Assembly (NCBI GenBank): GCA_041912595.1
Contig: JAYRMR010000013.1
Span: 1-64,000, forward strand
Direction of reading: 5' to 3'
Length of the DNA: 64,000 nucleotides
Origin: Burkholderiaceae bacterium
Lineage (GTDB): Bacteria > Pseudomonadota > Gammaproteobacteria > Burkholderiales > Burkholderiaceae_C
Positions 16,976-26,069 of this stretch are shown here, in pieces (position 1 is the first letter of the stretch; each line of letters opens with the position of its first letter). The notes under the pieces were generated by a model. That model was not told the origin of the DNA, searched no databases, and saw only the letters and a program-made list of their open reading frames with translations. The position numbers and the translations under genes were made by a program.

Positions 16976-17842
16976 ATGTCCATGGTCTATCTCTTCGCCG
17001 CCTTCTCGGGCCTGGCCACGCTGCTGCTGATCTATGCGGTGTATCGCCTCTACACCGAGCTGGGCAGCGCCAACACGCAGTACCGCGACAAGCCGCCGCG
17101 CGGCTTCCAGTACGTCTGGCCGCTGATCAACATCCTGGCCAACAGCTTCGGCTTCCTCATCAGCGAGGGGCGGGTGCAGGCCTGCCTGCTGAGGCTGCGC
17201 CGCGCCGGCCAGGACTACGCCCTGACCCCGCACCAGTTCTACGCCGGGAAGTGGGTCGCCGCACTCGGCTTTGCCGGCGTCGGCGTCGTCCTCGCGGGCA
17301 AGGGCGGCGGCACCATGGGCGCGCTGCTCGGCGCGCTACTGGGCTTCCACTACCCCGACATCTGGCTGCGCGACCACACCAAGATCCGCAACCTCGCGCT
17401 GCTCAAGGCCCTGCCCTTCTTCCTGGACATCGTCACGCTGTCCGTCGAGTCCGGCCTCAACCTCACCGGCGCCCTGCAGAAGGCCGTGGACCGCTGCCCG
17501 CCCGGGCCGCTGATGGTGGAGGTCAACCGCGTGCTGCGCGAGATCCGCGGCGGCAAGCCCCGGATCGAGGCCCTGCGCGCGTTGGCCGACCGCCTGGACT
17601 ACGCGCCCATCTCCAGCCTCGTCAGTGCGCTGATCCAGGGCGAGCTCATGGGCTCGAGCCTCGGCCCCATCCTGCGCGCACAGAGCGACCAGCGCCGCAC
17701 CGAGCGCTTCCTGCGGGCCGAGAAGCTCGCCATGGAAGCCCCCGTGAAGATGCTGGGCCCGCTGATCATGTTCATCTTTCCCTGCACCTTCATCGTCCTG
17801 GGCTTCCCCATCGTCATGAAGTTCATGCAGTCGGGGATCTGA
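16976..17842 (+). CDS. tadC: Flp pilus assembly membrane protein TadC
   Basis: 288 aa, second T2SS-F-like platform protein (ALPFFLDIVTLSVESGLNLTGALQK…). Confidence 0.85.
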   Translation: MSMVYLFAAFSGLATLLLIYAVYRLYTELGSANTQYRDKPPRGFQYVWPLINILANSFGFLISEGRVQACLLRLRRAGQDYALTPHQFYAGKWVAALGFAGVGVVLAGKGGGTMGALLGALLGFHYPDIWLRDHTKIRNLALLKALPFFLDIVTLSVESGLNLTGALQKAVDRCPPGPLMVEVNRVLREIRGGKPRIEALRALADRLDYAPISSLVSALIQGELMGSSLGPILRAQSDQRRTERFLRAEKLAMEAPVKMLGPLIMFIFPCTFIVLGFPIVMKFMQSGI

Positions 17843-18199
17843 ATGGGCTGGCCGCAAGCCCGCCTGCATCTGCAGGGCATCGCCACCCATGTGCGGATCG
17901 GCCTCGCGCTGCGCTGGTGGGAGCGCGCCCGCGGCCTGCTGTTCCACGGGCAGCTGCAGGACGCCCCCGCCGGGCTGTGGATCGCGCCGTGCAACAGCGT
18001 GCACATGCTCGGCATGCGCCAGGCGCTGGACATCGTCTACCTCGACCGCGACGGCGTGATCCTCAAGTGCGTGCCGACGCTGCGCCCCTGGCGCCTGAGC
18101 GCCTGCCCGGGCGCGCATGTGGCGCTCGAGCTGCGCACCGGGCTGATCGCGGAGCTCGGCCTCAAGCCGGGCCTGCGGCTCCAGGCGCGCGGCGGCTAG
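17843..18199 (+). CDS. DUF192 domain protein (tad-associated)
   Basis: 118 aa (…WIAPCNSVHMLGMRQALDIVYLDRDGVI…) immediately after tadC. Confidence 0.65.
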   Translation: MGWPQARLHLQGIATHVRIGLALRWWERARGLLFHGQLQDAPAGLWIAPCNSVHMLGMRQALDIVYLDRDGVILKCVPTLRPWRLSACPGAHVALELRTGLIAELGLKPGLRLQARGG

Positions 18200-18214
18200 A
18201 CCGCCGACCGGCGC

Positions 18215-19216
18215 TCACAGCAGGCCGCGCGTCCGGGCCATCAGCCGCGTCAGGCCCAGCATCGCGTCGATGCTGGGCGTCGGCTGGCCGATGTGCTGGC
18301 CGATCTCCCGGACGACCGTCACGAGCGCATCGAGCTCGATCTTCCGGCCCGCCTCCACGTCCTGCAGCATCGAGGTCTTGAAGGCGCCCAGCTTGCGCGT
18401 CACCTCGTGGCGCTGTTCGGGCGTCTGTCCGACGGGGCAGCCGATGACGTCGCCGATGGCCGAGGCCTCGCGCATCACGGCGCTCACGAAGCCGCGCACC
18501 AGTTCGTCATCGAGGATCCGATCGCAGGTGGCCCCCGTCAGCGCCGAGATGGGGTTCATCGTCATATTGCCCCAGAGCTTGTACCAGATGTCCTTCTGGA
18601 TGCGCGGGGACACGGTGGCACTGAAGCCGGCCCGCTGGAACAACGCGGCCCACTCGCCGAGGTAGGCCGGCTCGCCACCCGCGGGGTCGCCGAGGATCAG
18701 GCCCATGCCCATCACATGCTTGACGAGGCCGGGCTCCGGCGTGGCGCAGCTGGCATGCACCACCGAGCCGATCACGCGGTCCGCCGGGATCAGGCCGGCC
18801 ACCTGGCCTCCCGGGTCCACCGACTGCAGCGCCAGCCCGCGGCAGGGGCCGTCGAGCTGCTGGAAGAACCACCAGGGCACGCCGTTCATGGCCACGAGCA
18901 CGCGGGTCTGCTGCCCCAGCAGGCGCTGCACCAGCGGGGCGACGTCCGGCAGCGCCGGGCCCTTGACGGCCAGCACCACGAGATCCTGCGGGCCGAGGTC
19001 CTCGGGCCGGTCCGAGGCCGTCAGCGGCACCGTCACGCGGGTGGGGGTGCCGTCGATCACCGTGTCCATGCGCAGGCCGTGCGTCCGCAGTGCCTCTAGC
19101 GTCGCGCCCCGGGCCACGGCGCTGAGCCGGACCTCCTCGCCCAGCCGATGCCCCAGATGCGCCGCCACCCAACCGCCGATGGCGCCCATGCCCACGATGC
19201 AGATCTTCTTCATCAC
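18215..19216 (-). CDS. panE: 2-dehydropantoate 2-reductase (ketopantoate reductase family)
   Basis: MMKKICIVGMGAIGGWVAAHL has a GxGxxG Rossmann motif. ApbA N- and C-domains present, 333 aa. Confidence 0.8.
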   Translation of the reverse strand: MMKKICIVGMGAIGGWVAAHLGHRLGEEVRLSAVARGATLEALRTHGLRMDTVIDGTPTRVTVPLTASDRPEDLGPQDLVVLAVKGPALPDVAPLVQRLLGQQTRVLVAMNGVPWWFFQQLDGPCRGLALQSVDPGGQVAGLIPADRVIGSVVHASCATPEPGLVKHVMGMGLILGDPAGGEPAYLGEWAALFQRAGFSATVSPRIQKDIWYKLWGNMTMNPISALTGATCDRILDDELVRGFVSAVMREASAIGDVIGCPVGQTPEQRHEVTRKLGAFKTSMLQDVEAGRKIELDALVTVVREIGQHIGQPTPSIDAMLGLTRLMARTRGLL

Positions 19217-19310
19217 CTGTCCTGCTGCTGAAATGCTGCCCGCAGTCTACGCGCGGCCCGCCACTCGCACGCCCGTGGGACCAAGCGGCCCGCCCCTGGG
19301 GTGAACCGCC

Positions 19311-20435
19311 TTGGCAGCACGCGCGGCGCTGCTATCGTGGCCGCCCATGCCTCACGACGCTCCTCCCGACGTTCCCGTCCTTCCCCGCCGCTTCTGGTGG
19401 ATCTACGCCGGCCTGCTGGCCGGGGTGGCGCTCTTCTTCGCCCTGGCCGAGCTGCAGCACTACCTGCGCAATGGCGGCCAGCATCCGTGGGAGCCCTTCC
19501 TGTGGGAGTTCAGCTCGGTGATGGTCGTGGCGGGGCTGCTGCCGCCTCTCTTTCGCTGGCACCGGCGCAGCGTCGGGCGCGGCGCGGGCGTGCTGCTCGC
19601 GCGCCATGCCGCCGGCTATGCCGCCTACACGGTGCTGCATGTGCTGGGCATGTTCGGCCTGCGCTTCGCCGTGTATGCCCTGACCGACGTCCGCTACGAG
19701 CCGGGCAATGCCTGGCAGGTGCTGGGCTACGAGGCGGCCAAGGACCTGGTCTTCTACGTGACCAACGTCCTCCTGTGCCAGGCCTGGCTGATCCATCTGA
19801 AGGGCCAGCAGTCGGCGCTGGAGATGGCCCGCATGCGCACCGAGCTGGCCCAGGCGCAGCTCGCGCGCCTGGCCGAGCAGGTGCAGCCGCACTTCCTCTT
19901 CAACAGCCTGAACCTGATCGCCTCGGTGATGTACGAGGACGTCGCCCGCGCCGACCGGCTGCTGTGCCAGCTCTCGGAGCTGCTGCGCGCCTCGCTGTCG
20001 GCGCAGCAGCGCGGCTGGCAGACGCTCGGCGAGGAGATGGCGCTGATCGAGCCCTATCTCGCGCTGATGCAGGCGCGCTTCGGCGAGCGGCTGCAGGTGC
20101 GGGTCGAGATGCCGCCGGAGGCCGCGCGGTGGCCGCTCCCGGCGCTGTTGCTGCTGAACCCGGTGGAGAACGCCGTCAAGCATGACGTGGCGCTCAGCCG
20201 GGGCGCGGTCGAGGTCTCGGTGCGGGCCCAACCGCTGGCGGACGGGCTGCAGGTGGAGATCCGCAACAGCGGCGTGAGCGCCGAGCAGATCGAGCGCGCC
20301 GGCGGGCTCGGCCTGAGCAACCTGCGCGAGCGACTGCGCGTGGCCTATGGCGACGCGGCCACGCTGTGGATCGGTCCGGACCAGGGCGGCACGCTGCTGC
20401 GCCTGCAGCTGCCGGCGCGAGGAGACGCCGCATGA
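19311..20435 (+). CDS. LytS/AlgZ-type sensor histidine kinase
   Basis: Four or five N-terminal TM segments, then the His_kinase (PF06580) motif QVQPHFLFNSLNLIASVMYED and a reduced ATP-binding region (LLLNPVENAVKHD…). Coupled to the downstream LytTR regulator. Confidence 0.8.
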   Translation: MAARAALLSWPPMPHDAPPDVPVLPRRFWWIYAGLLAGVALFFALAELQHYLRNGGQHPWEPFLWEFSSVMVVAGLLPPLFRWHRRSVGRGAGVLLARHAAGYAAYTVLHVLGMFGLRFAVYALTDVRYEPGNAWQVLGYEAAKDLVFYVTNVLLCQAWLIHLKGQQSALEMARMRTELAQAQLARLAEQVQPHFLFNSLNLIASVMYEDVARADRLLCQLSELLRASLSAQQRGWQTLGEEMALIEPYLALMQARFGERLQVRVEMPPEAARWPLPALLLLNPVENAVKHDVALSRGAVEVSVRAQPLADGLQVEIRNSGVSAEQIERAGGLGLSNLRERLRVAYGDAATLWIGPDQGGTLLRLQLPARGDAA

Positions 20436-21172
20436 GACTGCTGATCGTGGACGACGAAGCCCCGGCGCGCGCGCGCCTGCGCCGCCTGCTGGCCGATCAG
20501 CCCGGCGTGCAGTGGGTCGGCGAGGCCGCGCACGCCGACGAGGCGCTGGAGCAGCTGCAGCGCCACCCCGACATCCAGGCCCTGATCCTCGACATCCAGA
20601 TGCCCGGCCAGAGCGGCCTGGACCTGGCACTGCAGCTGCCTCCGCAGCTGCCGGTGATCTTCTGCACGGCCTTCGACCAGCACGCCATCCAGGCCTTCGA
20701 TCTGCATGCCGTGGACTACCTGCTCAAGCCTTGCAGCCCGGAGCGTCTGGCGACGGCCCTGCAGCGTCTTCAGGGGCGGCTGCTGCCAGCGCAGCCTGCG
20801 CACGGGGCCGCGCGCGGCGGCCTCATCGCGGCGCTGCAGCAGCTGCAGCCGGCCTCCGGCCACTGGCTGGTGCAGCGCCAGGGTCGGCTGCACAAGCTGC
20901 CGCTGGCCGAGCTGCAGTGGGTCTCGGCGGCCGACAACTACATCGAGCTGCACGCTCCGCCGCAAAGCTACCTGGAGCGGCGCACGCTGGGCGCCTTCCT
21001 GGAGCATCCGGCGGTGGCCGGCCAGTTCCTGCGCATCCACCGCAGCCATGCGGTCAACCCCGCCCACATCGACAGCATCGAGGCCCTGCCCCACGGCGAG
21101 GCGCTGCTGACGCTGCGCGGGGGGCAGCAGCTGCGGGTCTCGCGCAACTACCGCGATCAGCTGCGCGGCTGA
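20432..21172 (+). CDS. LytTR-family response regulator (AlgR-like)
   Basis: MRLLIVDDEAPAR…ILDIQMPGQSGLDL is a REC domain. The C-terminal LytTR DNA-binding domain reads LPLAELQWVSAADNYIELHAP…FLRIHRSHAVN. ATGA overlap with the kinase. Confidence 0.85.
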   Translation: MRLLIVDDEAPARARLRRLLADQPGVQWVGEAAHADEALEQLQRHPDIQALILDIQMPGQSGLDLALQLPPQLPVIFCTAFDQHAIQAFDLHAVDYLLKPCSPERLATALQRLQGRLLPAQPAHGAARGGLIAALQQLQPASGHWLVQRQGRLHKLPLAELQWVSAADNYIELHAPPQSYLERRTLGAFLEHPAVAGQFLRIHRSHAVNPAHIDSIEALPHGEALLTLRGGQQLRVSRNYRDQLRG

Positions 21173-23120
21173 GCGGGCAGCGCGCCGCCTTCCAGCTCGC
21201 GGGCCTTGAGCGCCGTCATCAGGCCCAGCAGCGTGCCGAAGGCATTGCCGCCCTCGCCGCCCTGCGCGCCCAGCTGGATCTGCGGCACCAGCGGCACGCG
21301 GGCCGTCTCGAAGGCCTCGGCCAGACGCAGCATGACGGTCTGCATCAGCTGCTTGTCGGCGCCCTCGCCCTCCAGCGCTTCCGACTTGGCCCGGATCGCC
21401 GCGCCCTCGGCCTCGCCCACGCTGCGGATGGCGGCGGCGCGGCCCTGGCCCTCGGCCTCCTGGCGGTAGCGCTCGCCCTGCGCCAGCGCCTCGACCTCCT
21501 GCCGGCGCTTCTCGGCGGCCTTCACCGCGCGGCGCCGTGGTTCTCCTTGATCGAGATGTCCACCAGCGAGGCCGTCAGCTCCGCCTGCTTCTCGGCGCGT
21601 TTCTCGGCCTCGTTCAGCTCGCGCTGCTTGTTGGCGGCGATCTCCTTCTGCGCAAAGGTCTCGACCTGCTCGCGGGCGATCTGGCGGTCCCGCAGCTGGG
21701 CCATGATGGCCTCGATCTTGTGGTCGCCGGCCTGCGGGCGCGGCGTGCCGATCAGCACCTCCTGGAACTCGAGCGAGTAGGCCAGGAAGCGCTGGCGCAT
21801 GTCCCGCGACGCATTGGTCTGCAGCTCCGAGCGCGACTGGATCAGCTCGATGAAGGTGTGCGTCTGCGACACGTTCTTGAAGTAGCTCGACACCATCGGG
21901 TCCAGCGTCTGCTCCACCAGCTGCTTCACGTTGCCGAAGCGCTGCACCACCATCGGCGCCTTGCGGTAGTCGATGTGCACGACGACGGACAGCGGCAGCT
22001 GCGGCTCGAAGGCGTCCTTGGTGATGAGCGTGATCTCGCGCAGGTTGGAGTCGAAGCTGGAGCCGCTCTCGCCGCTCTGCCACATCAGCACGAAGTTGGT
22101 GGTGGGCACCAGCTCGATCTTGCCGGCGTAGGTGTTGAACGCGTACTTGCCGGGCATGAGCGGCTCGCGCCACACGCCGCGGCAGCCGGCATTGACCAGC
22201 TCGCCGTGGCTGTACTCCCTGCCCGAGACATCCTCGCCCCGCGCGCCGGTGTAGGACACGACCACGCCGACGAAGCCCACGGGGATGATGGTCTTGCTGA
22301 TGAACTCGACCGTCGCGAAGAGGCGGTTGATGTAGTAGGTGCCTTCCACGAGCACGCGCTCCTGCCGGCCGCGGCGGCCGCCGGCGGCGAGGAAGCGCTC
22401 GGGCTCCTGGAAACTGTTGTGCGCGTCGCCGACATCGGGCGCGAGCAGCTCGTCGCGCGAGAGCGCCGGGCCGTCCTGCACCGTGACCACGGCGAGCTGG
22501 TCGGAGTCGTGGCTGCCGCTCTTCTCCTTGATCACCACCGGCGAGAAGGCGTTGCGCTCCTCCAGCAGGCCGCGCATGCGCTCGTAGTAGCTGCGCTCGT
22601 GCGCGTCCATGTTGAGCGCGTAGGTCGCCTCCTCGGTCATCACGACGAAGAGCGCCGGGTTGATCACGTGCGTGCCCTCGCGCAGCACCTTGCGCTGCGG
22701 GCCCTTCTGGCCGCCGTGCTGCAGGAAGCTGCGCACGTCGAGGAAGTCGTCCACCTCGGCGTTGCTGGCCAGCGTCTGCCCGGCGGGCAGGTCCACGCCA
22801 TCGCGGGCGAAGACGTAGCCGATCTTGCCCTGCGTCACCGAGACCATCGGATGGATGTGCACCCGGTACTGGAAGGGCGTGAAGAAATGGAAGCCGCCGC
22901 GGCGCAGCGCGGGCTGGAAGCCGGCCTCGCCGTCCAGCGCCAGCAGGCCGGACTGCACGGAGCCCTTGGCGCTCCAGAGCTTCTCGACCACGCCGACGCG
23001 GTCATTGGGGATGTAGCGGACGATGGCCGCGGCATACAGCAGCAGGGCGAAGGCGCCGATGCTGCCGAAGCCGATCAGCAGAGACAGCAGCACGGAGCCG
23101 GACAGGTCAGACCAGGACAT
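21157..23120 (-). pseudogene. Flotillin-like (SPFH/Band 7) protein, apparently frameshifted near ~21535
   Basis: Frame A (21522..23120) encodes an N-terminal TM helix, an SPFH domain and a flotillin coiled-coil, ending abruptly (…SLVDISIKENHGAAR*). Frame B (21157..~21560) continues with a typical flotillin C-terminus (AVKAAEKRRQEVEALAQGERYRQEAEG…AIRAKSEALEGEGADKQLMQTVMLRLAEAFE…). This indicates either a genuine frameshift or a sequencing indel. Confidence 0.6.
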
Positions 23121-23337
23121 GGATTCCTCCTCTTTCTTTTGCCTGGCGGCAGGCCCTCGGCCCGCGTCGCCAGGGCTTGTTTATCCGCCGGCCGGCATCA
23201 GGAACGCATATGGGCCCAGGCCAGGACACGCCCCCGGAGCGCCCCTCATGGTCCTCCCTATGGACGACTGCCCGCACGCTCACTAAGCTCGGCCCGCAAA
23301 AAACGGGAGGCGGCTCAGGGCCGCGCGAGGAGAACGT

Positions 23338-25947
23338 TTGATGAAGACACCCCGCCTGCGCCTGGCAAAGACCTGCGCCCTCATGCTCATGCTCGTCCTC
23401 TCCGGCTGCGGTGGCGGCGGTGGCGGGGGCGGTGGCAGCAACCCCGGCAGCAACGGCAACGGCACGTCCCCCGGCGGCAACGGCCAGCCCGCGGATGTAC
23501 TGGATGCCACCCTTCATCCGCTTAACGTTGGCGATATCCGTGCCTGGCGCGCCGCCGACGACGCGGACGGCCGGCGGCTCCGCATCGAGCGCGTGGACGG
23601 CCCGCTGGCCGTGCCTGGTGGCCAGGCCTTCGCCGTCAGGAGCTCGGCGGACCAGGGCACCCATGTGGAGGTGGAATACCTGCAGGTCCGTAGCGGCGGG
23701 GTCTACAGCGTGGCGGGCCCCGGCAGCGACCCGCTCACTGCCGCCGCGGGAAGCGTGCAGGTCTTCCGCCCCGGACTCGGGCTGGGGCAGACCGCCGTCC
23801 TGCTCGACCAGACACTCAGTGCCGACGTGAATGGCGACGGTCGGGCCGACGGCGTCGAGATGCATGCCGAGAGCACCTTCGTCGCCCGCGAGAACCTGAC
23901 GACGCGGCTGGGCAGCTTCTCCGGTACCGCCCACGTCCGCACGGTGGCCCGCAGCGTGATCCGGCCGGCCGGCAGCTCGAGCAGCGCGACGGTGGTCTTC
24001 ACGGAAGACCGCTGGTATGCGCCAGGCATCGGTCCCGTCCGGGCCCGGTCCACCACCGAGCAGAACGGCACGCGCACCGCCAGCAGCGACGAAGACGTGG
24101 TGGCCTACGGCGTCGGCAATGCCCACCAGCCCGCCACGGCGGCCCGGCTGCTGCGCGTGACGCCTGCTGCCACCGAGCGGCTGGCGCCGCAGGGCGTGGT
24201 CACACTGACCTTCGACCGCCCCGTGGATCCGTTCGCGCTGTGGGGCGAGGGCGGCCTGGTGCTGGTGGACGCCAGCGGCAAGACCGTGCCGGTGGCACCG
24301 TACGGTCCGGATGCCACGCTGACCGAGGTCCGCTTCATGGCGCAGACCCCGCTGGCTGACGGCAGCTATATCCTGCGCAATGGCGGCAGGGCGACAGACA
24401 TCAGCGGCCTGCCGCTGAGCAGCCCCGTGGCGACCGTCACCGTGGACGAGCACGGCCCCACCCTGATCAGCTCCCAGCCGGCGGACCACGCGGTCGACGT
24501 CGCCCTCACCGGCACGGTGCGCCTGGGGTTCAGCACGGAACTGCTCGCCAGGCCTGACACCGAAGCCTACATCGCGGTGTGGAACAGCCGCACGTGGAGC
24601 ACCCAGAACCTGCCGGCCCGCATCGAGGGCAAGGACCTGGTCGCCGCGCTGCCGGCAGCGCTGTACACGAGCGCCACCTATGCCTTGGAAGCCGGCAACG
24701 TCGTGGACCGACTCGGGCAGCCCCCCGCTTTCCACCGCGTGACCTTCACCACCAGCAACGGCGCCCTGCGGCAACCGCAGTCCATGATGGATGGCTGGCG
24801 GGTGGGCACCGTCCGTGAGCTGAACCTCGGCGGGCCCAACAGCCGGGACCTGGTCTTCCTGGCTCTTGACGGCAGCGACCGCATGAGCCTCTTCACCCGT
24901 GCGCGGCAGGCGGATGGGCGCTGGGCTGCGCCCATCCGGCGCCATGACTTCGCGGAGGGCCACGCCCGCCACGAGAGCCCGCTCATGGCCGCCGACTTCA
25001 ACGGCGACGGTCGCGCGGACCTGCTGCTGCGGTCGTCCTTCGGGGCCTGCACCCTGCTGCTCCAGCAGGCCGATGGCAGCTTCGTTCCGGAGAGCGTGAG
25101 CGAGCCGGGGCTCGTCTACGGCCCGCCCATGCTCGCCAGCGGCACCGACCCGGACGGCCGCGCCTGGGTGGCCCTCGCAAGCACCCAGATGAGCTTGTGG
25201 CGCCGCCTGGGGCCGCAGTCCTGGGTGGCGACCGTGGCGCTGCCCGTGGGCGCCCCGCCGGACATGTCCGCCCGCGACGCCACGATGGCCGACCTCAACG
25301 GCGACGGCCAGCAGGACTGGGTCTGGATCCGCGACGCCGCCGACGGGTCGGCCAGGCAGGAGCTGGCGTGGGCCATGCGGGACGGGGTCGCGTTCGGCGC
25401 CGAGCGCAAGCTCGTCCTGCCGGACGTGTGGTCGGCGCGACGGATCACCGTCGCTGACTTCAACAACGACGGGCGGCCCGACCTGGCGATCATGAGCGAC
25501 GGCGCCGGGGCGAGCCACCAGTTCCAGCTCTGGAGCCAGACGGCCGCCGGCAGCTTCGAGCCGGCCGCCACACCGTCGATCGACATGGCCTACGAGGTGA
25601 CCCGCTTTGCCGACATGAACCTCGACGGCCGGCAGGACATCATCCTGTGCCAGCCCTATACCGCCGATGTGCTCCTGCGCAGCGCCGATGGTGGCTGGCA
25701 AGGCCGCCAGAGCTTCCACCTCGACCAGCCCTGCACAGGCCTTCAGGCCCTGGACTGGAATGGCGACGGGGCCGTCGACCTCATCGCGGCCGGTCGGGTG
25801 CTGCTGGGCAGTAGCGGCCCGGATGCATGGGCGCAAGGCAGCGCCGCCCCGCGCAGCCGGGCGATGGCCATGCCGGCGAGCAAGCCGCAGCCGGGTGCCA
25901 CCTGGTGGTACCGCCTGAGCAGGCAGCCCTCGGGCATGCACCCCTGA
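23338..25947 (+). CDS. Large lipoprotein with Ig-like (SbsA/Big-type) domains and C-terminal FG-GAP/VCBS β-propeller repeats
   Basis: Lipobox LVLSGCGGGGGGGGGS. Mid-region shows LRVTPAATE…VTLTFDRPVD Ig-like repeats. The C-terminal half has at least five Dx[DN]GDG[RQ]xD FG-GAP motifs (ADFNGDGRADLL, ADLNGDGQQDWV, ADFNNDGRPDLAI, ADMNLDGRQDII, LDWNGDGAVDLI). Confidence 0.75.
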   Translation: MMKTPRLRLAKTCALMLMLVLSGCGGGGGGGGGSNPGSNGNGTSPGGNGQPADVLDATLHPLNVGDIRAWRAADDADGRRLRIERVDGPLAVPGGQAFAVRSSADQGTHVEVEYLQVRSGGVYSVAGPGSDPLTAAAGSVQVFRPGLGLGQTAVLLDQTLSADVNGDGRADGVEMHAESTFVARENLTTRLGSFSGTAHVRTVARSVIRPAGSSSSATVVFTEDRWYAPGIGPVRARSTTEQNGTRTASSDEDVVAYGVGNAHQPATAARLLRVTPAATERLAPQGVVTLTFDRPVDPFALWGEGGLVLVDASGKTVPVAPYGPDATLTEVRFMAQTPLADGSYILRNGGRATDISGLPLSSPVATVTVDEHGPTLISSQPADHAVDVALTGTVRLGFSTELLARPDTEAYIAVWNSRTWSTQNLPARIEGKDLVAALPAALYTSATYALEAGNVVDRLGQPPAFHRVTFTTSNGALRQPQSMMDGWRVGTVRELNLGGPNSRDLVFLALDGSDRMSLFTRARQADGRWAAPIRRHDFAEGHARHESPLMAADFNGDGRADLLLRSSFGACTLLLQQADGSFVPESVSEPGLVYGPPMLASGTDPDGRAWVALASTQMSLWRRLGPQSWVATVALPVGAPPDMSARDATMADLNGDGQQDWVWIRDAADGSARQELAWAMRDGVAFGAERKLVLPDVWSARRITVADFNNDGRPDLAIMSDGAGASHQFQLWSQTAAGSFEPAATPSIDMAYEVTRFADMNLDGRQDIILCQPYTADVLLRSADGGWQGRQSFHLDQPCTGLQALDWNGDGAVDLIAAGRVLLGSSGPDAWAQGSAAPRSRAMAMPASKPQPGATWWYRLSRQPSGMHP

Positions 25948-26069
25948 CTCGGCGTATTCCCGAACCGCAAGGGGCGGGGCGCAGCCGGCACCCGGCATCT
26001 CGCCCCAGCGGCGGTGCGCTTCGCCCCGGCCGGACCGTATCGTCTGGCCAGGCCCCTCATCATCCCGGC

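Noticed and set aside
23107-25998. 963-aa minus-strand ORF
   Set aside because: GC-rich shadow ORF antisense to the lipoprotein gene 23338–25947. Translation is Arg/Ala/Gly/Pro low complexity with no domains.
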